45,172 nucleotides of DNA, from the NCBI GenBank assembly GCA_045117095.1, contig JBGUMY010000294.1:1-45172 (forward strand). Direction: 5' to 3'. The notes below the pieces were generated by a model. The model made no database searches. It was not told the DNA's origin and saw only the letters and a list, made by a program, of their open reading frames with translations. Source of the stretch: Bacteroidaceae bacterium (GTDB taxonomy: Bacteria; Bacteroidota; Bacteroidia; Bacteroidales; Bacteroidaceae). The translations under genes and the position numbers were made by a program. Shown piece by piece: positions 19,401 to 26,121 of this stretch (positions are counted from its first letter, which is position 1; each line of letters begins with the position of its first letter).

Positions 19401-19610
19401 ACCGGCGCAGGCTTGCATACCTATGTGGGCAAGTATAACTGGTTCACGGGTGGTAATGCCAGTGCTGGGAAAAAGTCGGTCCGTGGCTTCCGGCGCGGCT
19501 TCACCGCTAACCTCCCGTACCTGTCTCCGTTGGCGTTGGTCGCGTACCTTTCGCCCTCGAACTCGCACTCGAGCATCGGCTTCGGCACCTGTTGTCGCAT
19601 AGCGGAATAG
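16446..19610 (+). CDS. DGR target protein: fibre-like receptor-binding protein with C-terminal variable region
   Basis: 1054 aa. N-terminal repeated YYTK/NYYLK stalk modules. The last ~45 codons (VRGFRRGFTANLPYLSPLALVAYLSPSNSHSSIGFGTCC) are the VR copy of the downstream TR. Confidence 0.85.
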   Translation: MADYRLSQSGDEVQNILDNAALRAQLTAETERATDAETHLQQNINAEAQTREQADGTLQQHITALADQIAQTLNNYYLKSETMSAQEIQTLVSQTIAAYYTKLQVDALIHDFITASVDNLVNYYLKSETFTKDEVNQLIAAVKQFRYQSVPTLPTASADTMGIIFLVPSTNPKTKNTKDEFITTSSTNEQGVTVYDWEQIGTTTVDLSGYSTTEQMNAAIASAISTALASYYTKSETMSTAQVNAAIEQAVNTALANYYTKAQTDAAISTALNTALASYYTKAETNGLLDTIRQSITAETGARTEADAALRQLINQVSASLVNYYLKTETYSKSEVQQLIDAVKQFQYLVVPTLPATPGPDTMGIIFLVPSTNPKTQNVKDEYITILDGSTYKWEHIGDTNIDLSGYSTTAEMNAAIASALTAYYTKEQVDGMVATINAAIAQKAAQSDLTAEVSRAQQAEQANADAIAALQDIVADIETIAEGYVRVAGSSSPALSYKSYKYHEQGGFGRESVFSLFYPCLVGTPLTGAGTEGKVLHVLQKFGARTIDGTPKWLDIYGTPHAIDGSEGDVLIVNIEPFYSINGKHVIEGTEYDVFLMSRTPFTWQGIEAEHMEKFGWSPDYCVSHTDTDNVVRMHSVYNPAWNGSYQAPQGVAGKYVYSVDPETGDIVETYDANETLLGGAGGLHSTDINLPDGEQRAMNMNADPTKTVPWMNQTAEGSNRLMSLILAEGGTFDAHNATRMGSGFSSNDPATAAGDWDQAGSGAKNGLRVMDKNGAWKYYGFNGNVRFLKGATTGTVNAAEVINSWRNPWHIMEAHRAMSYAIENDVHELEWFVFEGNKYKYRSVQDFNGPSHGEMTCVVWKLMATQAGANAIDPSDNATSIAGNRVEILVSTALVHGMTTQVSPSWWTSGLLFTEDENGQYECFIERDQAEVVKSIAADNYDPATPRDFETIYDHVLTVQKGEGYAKNYLNGALMLPDSNANKTGAGLHTYVGKYNWFTGGNASAGKKSVRGFRRGFTANLPYLSPLALVAYLSPSNSHSSIGFGTCCRIAE
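16806..16995 (+). repeat. Internal module duplication, copy 1 (NYYLKSETFTKDEVNQLIAAVKQFRYQ...DTMGIIFLVPSTNPKT)
   Basis: Recurs 603 nt (201 codons) downstream. Shares the perfect stretch GACACGATGGGCATCATATTCCTCGTACC. Confidence 0.8.
17409..17598 (+). repeat. Internal module duplication, copy 2
   Basis: NYYLKTETYSKSEVQQLIDAVKQFQYL...DTMGIIFLVPSTNPKT, in frame with copy 1. Confidence 0.8.
19475..19610 (+). repeat. DGR variable region (VR)
   Basis: 19475-19594 aligns without gaps to 19940-20059 (offset 465). There are 21 mismatches and every one lies at a TR adenine. Gapped similarity continues to the stop codon. Confidence 0.9.
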
Positions 19611-19749
19611 AAAACGTAAACCCGCCCGAACGAAGTGAGGGCCGCTGAGCGAAAGCGAAGCCGTAAACTGCGCGGCTTGGCGCGCCCTCCGAGCGATAGC
19701 GAAGGCACCCATACCGCCGCAAGGCGGTCGGCTCGAAAATTCAAAAATA

Positions 19750-19787
19750 GAGGTCATCTCCAGCGATGGGGATGGCCTCGTTTTTTT
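19750..19787 (+). terminator. Rho-independent terminator after the DGR target gene
   Basis: GAGGTCATC-N12-GATGGCCTC (one G-U pair), then G and T7. Confidence 0.65.
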
Positions 19788-19790
19788 CTG

Positions 19791-19820
19791 GGTAAACCCC
19801 AGACGGCATTTCGCCCAAAT
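19791..19820 (+). promoter_or_regulatory. GGTAAAC-N18-CAAAT bipartite motif upstream of the TR and RT
   Basis: GTAAAC at 19792-19797, 18 nt, CAAAT at 19816-19820. The TR starts about 120 nt downstream. Confidence 0.5.
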
Positions 19821-19939
19821 AGTGTGGAGATGTGGTGCGACATCGTTGAAACAGAAATCCATGCCACCGACCAAATAGCACAAGGGAATCGGAGTACCCG
19901 TCAGGTGGTGAGGTTGAAATAAGGCGGCTGCACTGTACG

Positions 19940-20075
19940 GTCGGTCCGTGGCTTCCGGCGCGGCAACAACGCTAACAACACGAACCTGTCTCCGTTGACG
20001 ATGAACGCGAACAATTCGCCCTCGAACACGAACTCGAACATCGGCTTCGGCAACTGAAACGCAGTAACGAAATAC
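19940..20075 (+). repeat. DGR template repeat (TR)
   Basis: Invariant copy rich in AAC codons (AACAAC, AACACGAAC, AACAAT...). It contains an in-phase TGA, so it is not a coding duplicate. Confidence 0.9.
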
Positions 20076-20267
20076 ATAAGCCCTCGATTGCTTAGACCTG
20101 AGCATGAAGAGACAGGTGCAGAGCCTCGCTGACGCTGGAGAGCGAAACAACGCAGGAAAAGGTGCTAAGACCACCAGCCGACCGCGCAAGAATGAGCGAA
20201 GGAGAGGGTAGGCTGCAAGGCGTTCGGAAACCTTGCTATCGGCGCAACAGGTCAAGACAAAAAAATT

Positions 20268-21584
20268 ATGACATCAACATGGAACAACATCACCACTGGC
20301 CTTCACGCTGCCGTATATGACAGCTACACGGCCAAGAGCTCACGTCAACGCGCCAAGCGTGAGGTGGTGGAGGTCATGGCAGATGTGGACGGATTCTGCC
20401 AGCGCAAGCGGCATGAACTGGAGTGTGACACCTACCGCATAGGCGACTATCGTCACTTCCGCCTAAAAGATAAGAAGAAGGAGCGCGACATCTCGGTATT
20501 GCCCTACGAAGACCGATGTGTGCAGAACGCCATCAAGGATGCCATAGAGCCGCTATTGCTCCGTCAGATGACCGACGACATGATGGGCGGTCTGCCTAAT
20601 TGCGGGGTACTGGCAAGCGACAAGCGGCACCAGGTGGTGGCACGAGTGCGGGTGCTCATGAACGACCGCTCGCTGAAGTATTGCTTGCAAGGCGACATCA
20701 AAAAGTTCTACGACCATGTGGATAATGTCATCAGTATGCAGCTCATTGAGCGGCAGGTAAAAGACAAGCGCACAAGGGCTGTCATACGTCAGCACCTCTT
20801 CAACCAGAAGCGGCTCGCCATCGGTGATCCATTCAGCCACCTTATCGCCAATCTCAATATGTCGGTCATCATTCGCAAGGCAAAGGAGCTGTACGGCGAT
20901 AGCATCAAGGTAGTCAATTTTGCCGACGACTTCATCGCCTTCAGCAAGGACAAAGAGACGCTGAATGCCCTGCGACGCGATATGCAGCAATGGGCAAAGA
21001 CGATGCGGTTACACTACAAGCCGATGTATGTGCGTCCCGTTGACGGTCAGGACATCATCTTCTGCGGCTACAAGTTCGGGCGTGGCTACGTTCACCTGAC
21101 CCAGCACACGAAGAAACGCTACGTCAAGGCCCGCCACAAGAAGCGCAGTATAGGCTCCTATCAAGGCATCATCGGAGTGGCAGACACGAAGCATCTGAAA
21201 CTAAAAATTCAAATAAACGACAATAAAGGAACTATGAGCGAGAAAATCAGACGACCCTTTGCAGGGCGACCCATGAAAATGGAAACAATGGAAGGTATCA
21301 ACCATACCATTGTGGACTTCCAGAAACGCAGCAGCAACCAAAAGGACTGCGACAGTTACTACCACATTCAGGCACTTGCCGACGGGCTGGGATTGATAGT
21401 GTATAGCACCGGCGCACAGAAGATATGCAAGTACCTGGACACCAAGAGCCGCACGGACATCCCACTGCGCGACATGAAGATAGTGCATGACTGGAGCGGC
21501 TTCTACTATGACGGCACCGTATATACCGATGCCGAGGAAGAAGAAATGATTCGCAAACAATTTAACATACCCAAATCAGCATGA
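20268..21584 (+). CDS. DGR reverse transcriptase with an additional 116-aa C-terminal module
   Basis: RT motifs are present: ERDISVLPYEDRCVQ, GDIKKFYDHVD, IGDPFSHLIANL, VVNFADDFIAFS. It lies immediately downstream of the TR. The RT-sized core ends near aa 322. Confidence 0.85.
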   Translation: MTSTWNNITTGLHAAVYDSYTAKSSRQRAKREVVEVMADVDGFCQRKRHELECDTYRIGDYRHFRLKDKKKERDISVLPYEDRCVQNAIKDAIEPLLLRQMTDDMMGGLPNCGVLASDKRHQVVARVRVLMNDRSLKYCLQGDIKKFYDHVDNVISMQLIERQVKDKRTRAVIRQHLFNQKRLAIGDPFSHLIANLNMSVIIRKAKELYGDSIKVVNFADDFIAFSKDKETLNALRRDMQQWAKTMRLHYKPMYVRPVDGQDIIFCGYKFGRGYVHLTQHTKKRYVKARHKKRSIGSYQGIIGVADTKHLKLKIQINDNKGTMSEKIRRPFAGRPMKMETMEGINHTIVDFQKRSSNQKDCDSYYHIQALADGLGLIVYSTGAQKICKYLDTKSRTDIPLRDMKIVHDWSGFYYDGTVYTDAEEEEMIRKQFNIPKSA

Positions 21585-21916
21585 GACAAGAAAGATTCAA
21601 TGAGCCTCACAAGCAAGGCTTGGAGCGGCTCACAGGCGACAACACAGGACTGGTGTACTGCAACGAGCGCACCGAAGTAGTGACCGACGAAGAGGGCAAC
21701 GAGAAGACTGAGTACGTTTACGACGTGTATGAGGTCACAGATGCCCGCGACCCTCACAAGGTGAAGAACGAGGTAATAGAGAATGAGCACCCCTTCGGCG
21801 ACGAAACGAAGATACTCCGCAAGACCTTGGCCAAGGTTCTGAAGGCATCAGGTCAGTATGACAGCGAGGAATACGCAGAGTTCAAGCAGTACAACGAGTT
21901 TGCCGAAAGCGTCTAA
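21581..21916 (+). CDS. Acidic hypothetical protein translationally coupled to the RT (ATGA overlap)
   Basis: Start codon overlaps the RT stop. 111 aa, Glu/Asp-rich. Confidence 0.5.
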   Translation: MRQERFNEPHKQGLERLTGDNTGLVYCNERTEVVTDEEGNEKTEYVYDVYEVTDARDPHKVKNEVIENEHPFGDETKILRKTLAKVLKASGQYDSEEYAEFKQYNEFAESV

Positions 21917-21920
21917 CAAG

Positions 21921-21953
21921 AAATCCCGAGCCATAGAGGTTCGGGATTTTTTT
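21921..21953 (+). terminator. Rho-independent terminator
   Basis: AAATCCCGA-N11-TCGGGATTT followed by a T-run. Confidence 0.7.
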
Positions 21954-21963
21954 ATTTATCAAT

Positions 21964-21993
21964 GGTAAACCTACGACCGCTTTTTGTCCGAAT
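21964..21993 (+). promoter_or_regulatory. GGTAAAC-N18-CGAAT bipartite motif
   Basis: GTAAAC at 21965-21970, 18 nt, CGAAT at 21989-21993. ATG 22021 is 28 nt downstream. Confidence 0.55.
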
Positions 21994-22020
21994 GGTAGAA
22001 GACAAAAAAGAGAATCAGAT

Positions 22021-22608
22021 ATGAATGAACAGAATGAAACGGGCTTGAAGTGGCTGAGCATTGATGCCATCCACCAGCACTGCCGAATCGACTTCAACTG
22101 CGAGGATGCAGAACTGGAGCAATTCGGTATTGCAGCCGAGCAAGCCATCCTCGACCTCACGCGGCGCACGTATGAGAACTTCATCGATACCTATGGCCGC
22201 ATTCCCGACCCCATCTTCAACGCCTCGCTGTTGCTGGTGCAGAACCTCTACAACAACCGCGACGCTGCCGACACGCAGAAGAAAGAGGCATCGCTCTACG
22301 GCTTCGACCTGTTGCTGAAGAACTACATGGTGCTGACGGGTGGCACACCTCTCCAGGTGGAGCGCGACGGGTTGCTGGATAAACTCACGGTGGTGATGAC
22401 CGAGTTTGACTTTGACTTCGGGGAAATCTCCGAACCGAGCGAGGAACTTGTGGAAGCCTACGACACCCAGCGCAGGAACATGGCCGCACTCTACAACCGC
22501 TATGCCTTCATCCAGCAGCCGACCTCTTACATCTGCGGGAAATTCCGTGATGCCATCGCCAAGGCGAAGGAGGACTGCGACGAGATCATCAACCAACAAA
22601 ACAAATAG
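22021..22608 (+). CDS. Head-tail connector (gp6-like, Phage_connect_1 type N-terminal domain)
   Basis: The LSIDAIHQHCRIDFNCEDAELEQFGIAAEQAILDLTRR pattern is typical of gp6-like connectors. Confidence 0.6.
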   Translation: MNEQNETGLKWLSIDAIHQHCRIDFNCEDAELEQFGIAAEQAILDLTRRTYENFIDTYGRIPDPIFNASLLLVQNLYNNRDAADTQKKEASLYGFDLLLKNYMVLTGGTPLQVERDGLLDKLTVVMTEFDFDFGEISEPSEELVEAYDTQRRNMAALYNRYAFIQQPTSYICGKFRDAIAKAKEDCDEIINQQNK

Positions 22609-22611
22609 GCT

Positions 22612-22956
22612 ATGGGATATAGTGCAGGATTCTTACACGACATGATTCAGGTGCTCAACCGCAAGGAGGCGAAGACCAGTAAGTTTGGTCTCGACGGTGG
22701 CGGTGTGGAGTGGGAAGAAGGCCCGTGCCTTCACGCCAACGTGGACTATCAACGCGGCAAGTCGGCCATGAATGCCGGAAGCCTCGATGCCTATGCGGTG
22801 AAGATTGTGCGCATGAGGTGGACGAATGTGTTCAATGAGCGCAGCCGCGTGAAGTATCTCGACAAGACGTATCAGATCATCCCCGAGACGTGGAACGCGA
22901 ACCACCGCGAGAACACGCTGCAATTTCTGATGCAGCTGATTGTGAATGATAAGTGA
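22612..22956 (+). CDS. Head closure / head-tail adaptor protein
   Basis: 114 aa. The VKIVRMRWTNVFNERSRVKYLDKTYQI pattern is like SPP1 gp16 and HK97 gp9 family members. Follows the connector gene. Confidence 0.55.
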   Translation: MGYSAGFLHDMIQVLNRKEAKTSKFGLDGGGVEWEEGPCLHANVDYQRGKSAMNAGSLDAYAVKIVRMRWTNVFNERSRVKYLDKTYQIIPETWNANHRENTLQFLMQLIVNDK

Positions 22957-22996
22957 TTTTAGACAGAAGAACATAAGAACACAAATATCCCAGATT

Positions 22997-23860
22997 ATGG
23001 CAAAACAAAAAGGAACTACAGAGAAGAAGCCACGGACGGCTGAGAAGGCGACCAAGGCGCAGAAGCTGCCGACATTCACGGGTGAGCGTGAGGTGGCGAT
23101 GGTGCATTTCAATACGCCAGAGATCACGACGGCTGCAATATTGAGTATCAGGAAGCATGGCGGTGAGAAGTATCATGTGACCATCTTTGACAACAGCGCA
23201 GACTCTGAGACGAGTGAGGGACTGAACAAGGCCCGTCCGTTCAAGTTGCCGAAGGACAAGGCAGATCGCGAGAAACTGGGCGACGTGACGGTGATTGACA
23301 ACACCAAAGGTCAGATTATCGACTTCGACAATGAATTAGAAAAGTACCCCGACCGCGAGCCGCATTGGGCGATGCTGTCAAACTTCGGTAGCTTCAAGCA
23401 TATCATCACCGTGCAGAAGTTGTGGGAGATACTGCCAAACGGTTTCGTGCTGTTGGAAGGTGACGCACTGATCAAGAAGCCGATTGACTGGATGTGGCGC
23501 AAGGAGTTTGCAACCGTCGGCAAGATCGAATGGAGACCGAACAATCCCGTGGTCATTCCCAGGTACTACCCGTTTCTGTTGTATATGAACGTGCCGAAGC
23601 TCGTAGCCAAGGGTGTGAGTTTCTTCGACCCCATGCGCTGCTGGGCCTTGCAGAAGGGAGAAATGACTCGCGGAAACTGGTACGACACGGGCGCATCGTT
23701 GCTGGAGGATGTTATCAACGGCAAGCCTGAGCTTGTAGGATGGAACGTGAAGGAACTGACGGAATACTACGACCACTATCACGGTGGTTCCTGGCGCAGA
23801 CTCGATGTCAAGAATCAAATCAACTGGCTCAACCAAAGGAAAGCACTATGGCAGATATAA
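22997..23860 (+). CDS. Glycosyltransferase-like protein (GT-A/GT2-like N-terminus)
   Basis: First ATG after the upstream stop. VAMVHFNTPEITTAAILSIRKH...VTIFDNSAD resembles a GT2 Rossmann start. Weak, from memory. Confidence 0.4.
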   Translation: MAKQKGTTEKKPRTAEKATKAQKLPTFTGEREVAMVHFNTPEITTAAILSIRKHGGEKYHVTIFDNSADSETSEGLNKARPFKLPKDKADREKLGDVTVIDNTKGQIIDFDNELEKYPDREPHWAMLSNFGSFKHIITVQKLWEILPNGFVLLEGDALIKKPIDWMWRKEFATVGKIEWRPNNPVVIPRYYPFLLYMNVPKLVAKGVSFFDPMRCWALQKGEMTRGNWYDTGASLLEDVINGKPELVGWNVKELTEYYDHYHGGSWRRLDVKNQINWLNQRKALWQI

Positions 23861-24561
23861 AACCATTGACCATCTGGACGGTGTACCACGATGACAAGCA
23901 GATTGCGGAGTACGGACTGAAAGAGACGGACACGCGCAAGCTGTACGCGAATCACCACACGGATGCAGACCATGAAGTGAACGTGCTGAATCCTGCGTGG
24001 TCGGAGTTGACGGCGATGTTCTGGATTTGGTGGAACACCACCGACACCCAGTGCATCGGCATCAATCACTACCGCAGACAGTTTGAGCCGAAACGACTGC
24101 CGAACAATGGAGAGGTGTGCATCTACCAGTTGGATAACTGGGGCAGCGAAACGGTGGCACAGCAGTTTGCACGTCACCACGGACAAATGGCTCTCGACAT
24201 CATGATTAAATGTCTGCGTGAGCATGACGATAATGGCGAGCGGTATGCAAGCAATATCCTTAATGCTCATCTGCTGGTTAGGAGTTGTTGCTTTGTGATG
24301 ACCACTAAGGACTACGACAGCATGGTAGAGTGGCTTTTCCCGCTGCTGAAGAAAATCCGTCGCAGACTGATTGGCGACCCAGACACTCAGGAAGATGAAC
24401 TGAAACGATGGCGCGACTATGCCGTGAAGCATTTCGGTGAAGAGAATGCCGACTATCAGATGCGGTGTATCTCATTCATCGGTGAGCGGCTGACCTCCGC
24501 GTGGATCATGGAGAACCTGAACATCATCCAAATCGAGCACAAAGCATCGGTAAACCCGTGA
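23848..24561 (+). CDS. DUF4422-family glycosyltransferase-like protein
   Basis: NPAWSELTAMFWIWWN...CIGINHYRRQF...ISFIGERLTSAW matches the DUF4422 signature seen in capsule/EPS loci. Its ATG at 23848 overlaps the upstream gene by 13 nt. Confidence 0.6.
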   Translation: MADIKPLTIWTVYHDDKQIAEYGLKETDTRKLYANHHTDADHEVNVLNPAWSELTAMFWIWWNTTDTQCIGINHYRRQFEPKRLPNNGEVCIYQLDNWGSETVAQQFARHHGQMALDIMIKCLREHDDNGERYASNILNAHLLVRSCCFVMTTKDYDSMVEWLFPLLKKIRRRLIGDPDTQEDELKRWRDYAVKHFGEENADYQMRCISFIGERLTSAWIMENLNIIQIEHKASVNP

Positions 24562-24578
24562 CGTGTTTTTGTACGAAT
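24549..24578 (+). promoter_or_regulatory. GGTAAAC-N18-CGAAT bipartite motif
   Basis: GTAAAC at 24550-24555, 18 nt, CGAAT at 24574-24578. The portal ATG at 24596 is 18 nt downstream. Confidence 0.55.
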
Positions 24579-24595
24579 ATAAAAAGGTAAAAGAT

Positions 24596-25963
24596 ATGAA
24601 ATTATTTGGATTCTTACCGACGGGAATGCTCCCAGTGCGACAGCGCGAGACACCACAGGCACCGATACCAGGTGTTCCATCGAGCACCATGCCGAAAGAG
24701 CAGTCGAAGACGGTGACGGGCGGTGACTATCAGGAGCGCATCGCCTATGTGCGAGGCCCTGAGCAGGCGTTGGTCGTGGGTGCGGTGTATCGTGCCGTCA
24801 ATCTCCGCGCCGACACGATGAGCGTCATGCCCGTGCAATATCAGAAGCGAGACTTCGAGAAAGGCAACTATTACGTGGATATGCGCGGTCTCGGTAAGCG
24901 ACTGAACTATCTGCTTCAGGAAGAGCCGAACCCCATCATGAGCGCATCGGACATGTGGAAACTGGTGGAGATCAACCGCCTGTTCTACGGCAACAGTTTT
25001 GTGTATATCGAGCGCGACGAGTTCGGATTCCCATTACACCTGTGGCTGGTGAAGTCGGGCGGTTACAACGTGAACACAGGCCGCTTTGTGGGTATCACCT
25101 ATCTGACCGACCACGGCTATATGACGATGCCAGACGTGCCGCGTGAAGACCTGTTGCACTTCCCAAATACCTTCCGTTATCTGAACGGTATATGGGGCAT
25201 CCCGACGCTTCAGTATGCCATCGAGACGCTTTCGCTGAACCGCACCCTGCGCTCGCAGGCATTGGAAACAGCGGCCAAGGGTGGACGTGTGAAACTGATC
25301 ATCGGTGAAGAGAAACCCGCCAGCGGTCAAGGCACGCTCGCATTCGGACTGATGAACAAGGGCGAAATGGACTCATACGCCCAGGAACTCCAAAAGAAGA
25401 TGTACAGCGGTCACGACATCCTCGCCATCCGTGGGCTTGATAAGGTGCAGAACATCTCAATGACCTCTGCCGAGATGCAGATGTTCGAGCAGATGGGTGC
25501 CACGAACGATGACGTGAGCAGATTCTTCGGTGTGCCTCGTCCGTTGTTGATGCTTGATACCAACTCACATTACAACGACTACCAGAACGCCACGATGGAG
25601 TTCCACACGCGAACCATTCTGCCGCAGAAGACAGGCAACGAGAAAGAAATCTTCCGCAAACTCATCGGCTTCAAGGATTATGGCATCAGACGTATCCACA
25701 TCTGCGAAGACCCACTCATGGCAATGGATCCAGAGCGTAGGGCAAAGGTGGCACTCATGAAACTACAGGCAGCCATCGCCACGCCGAACGAGATACGTGC
25801 CGAGTTTGACATGCCGACCGTGGAGGATGGCGACGTGCCAATGGCAAGTGCCAACCTGATGACGCTGAAGGCACTCATCGCCAAGAGCGACGCAAGCACC
25901 CAGCTGAAGCCCGGCAACTACACCGTGGGAGAACCGCCAAAGGAGGGCGAGGATCAGCAATGA
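24596..25963 (+). CDS. Portal protein (HK97 family)
   Basis: Start placed at the ATG after the AAAAGAT leader. About 455 aa. Followed by protease and capsid genes in the canonical order. Confidence 0.75.
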   Translation: MKLFGFLPTGMLPVRQRETPQAPIPGVPSSTMPKEQSKTVTGGDYQERIAYVRGPEQALVVGAVYRAVNLRADTMSVMPVQYQKRDFEKGNYYVDMRGLGKRLNYLLQEEPNPIMSASDMWKLVEINRLFYGNSFVYIERDEFGFPLHLWLVKSGGYNVNTGRFVGITYLTDHGYMTMPDVPREDLLHFPNTFRYLNGIWGIPTLQYAIETLSLNRTLRSQALETAAKGGRVKLIIGEEKPASGQGTLAFGLMNKGEMDSYAQELQKKMYSGHDILAIRGLDKVQNISMTSAEMQMFEQMGATNDDVSRFFGVPRPLLMLDTNSHYNDYQNATMEFHTRTILPQKTGNEKEIFRKLIGFKDYGIRRIHICEDPLMAMDPERRAKVALMKLQAAIATPNEIRAEFDMPTVEDGDVPMASANLMTLKALIAKSDASTQLKPGNYTVGEPPKEGEDQQ

Positions 25964-26100
25964 ACGAACCATATAGAATCAAAACAGCCATCGCACCGCA
26001 GCCAATGAGCCGCGACGAAGTTGCAGAATATTTCGAGCGTAAGGCGCAAAATATGGCGGTAAACCCCAGACATGGTTCTGCCCGTATAATGAAACGATAA
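25960..26100 (+). CDS. Possible 46-aa ORF coupled to the portal stop (ATGA)
   Basis: Hand translation gives MNEPYRIKTAIAPQPMSRDEVAEYFERKAQNMAVNPRHGSARIMKR. It overlaps a promoter motif, so it may be non-coding. Confidence 0.25.
   Translation: MNEPYRIKTAIAPQPMSRDEVAEYFERKAQNMAVNPRHGSARIMKR
26058..26087 (+). promoter_or_regulatory. GGTAAAC-N18-CGTAT bipartite motif
   Basis: GTAAAC at 26059-26064, 18 nt, CGTAT at 26083-26087. ATG 26122 is 35 nt downstream. Confidence 0.5.
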
Positions 26101-26121
26101 TTTTTCAAAACAGGAAAAGAT

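Noticed and set aside
19635-19922. 95-aa basic plus-strand ORF between the target gene and the TR, considered as an Avd candidate
   Set aside because: It has a GTG start, crosses the rho-independent terminator (19750-19787) and the GTAAAC-N18 motif, and shows no four-helix-bundle Avd-like pattern.
19176-20255. 359-aa minus-strand ORF spanning the VR, the terminator, the TR and the TR-RT spacer
   Set aside because: It is antisense to the end of the 1054-aa target gene and runs through the VR/TR repeats, a terminator and a promoter motif. Its Arg/Ala/Val-rich, low-complexity translation is typical of a shadow frame in GC-rich DNA.
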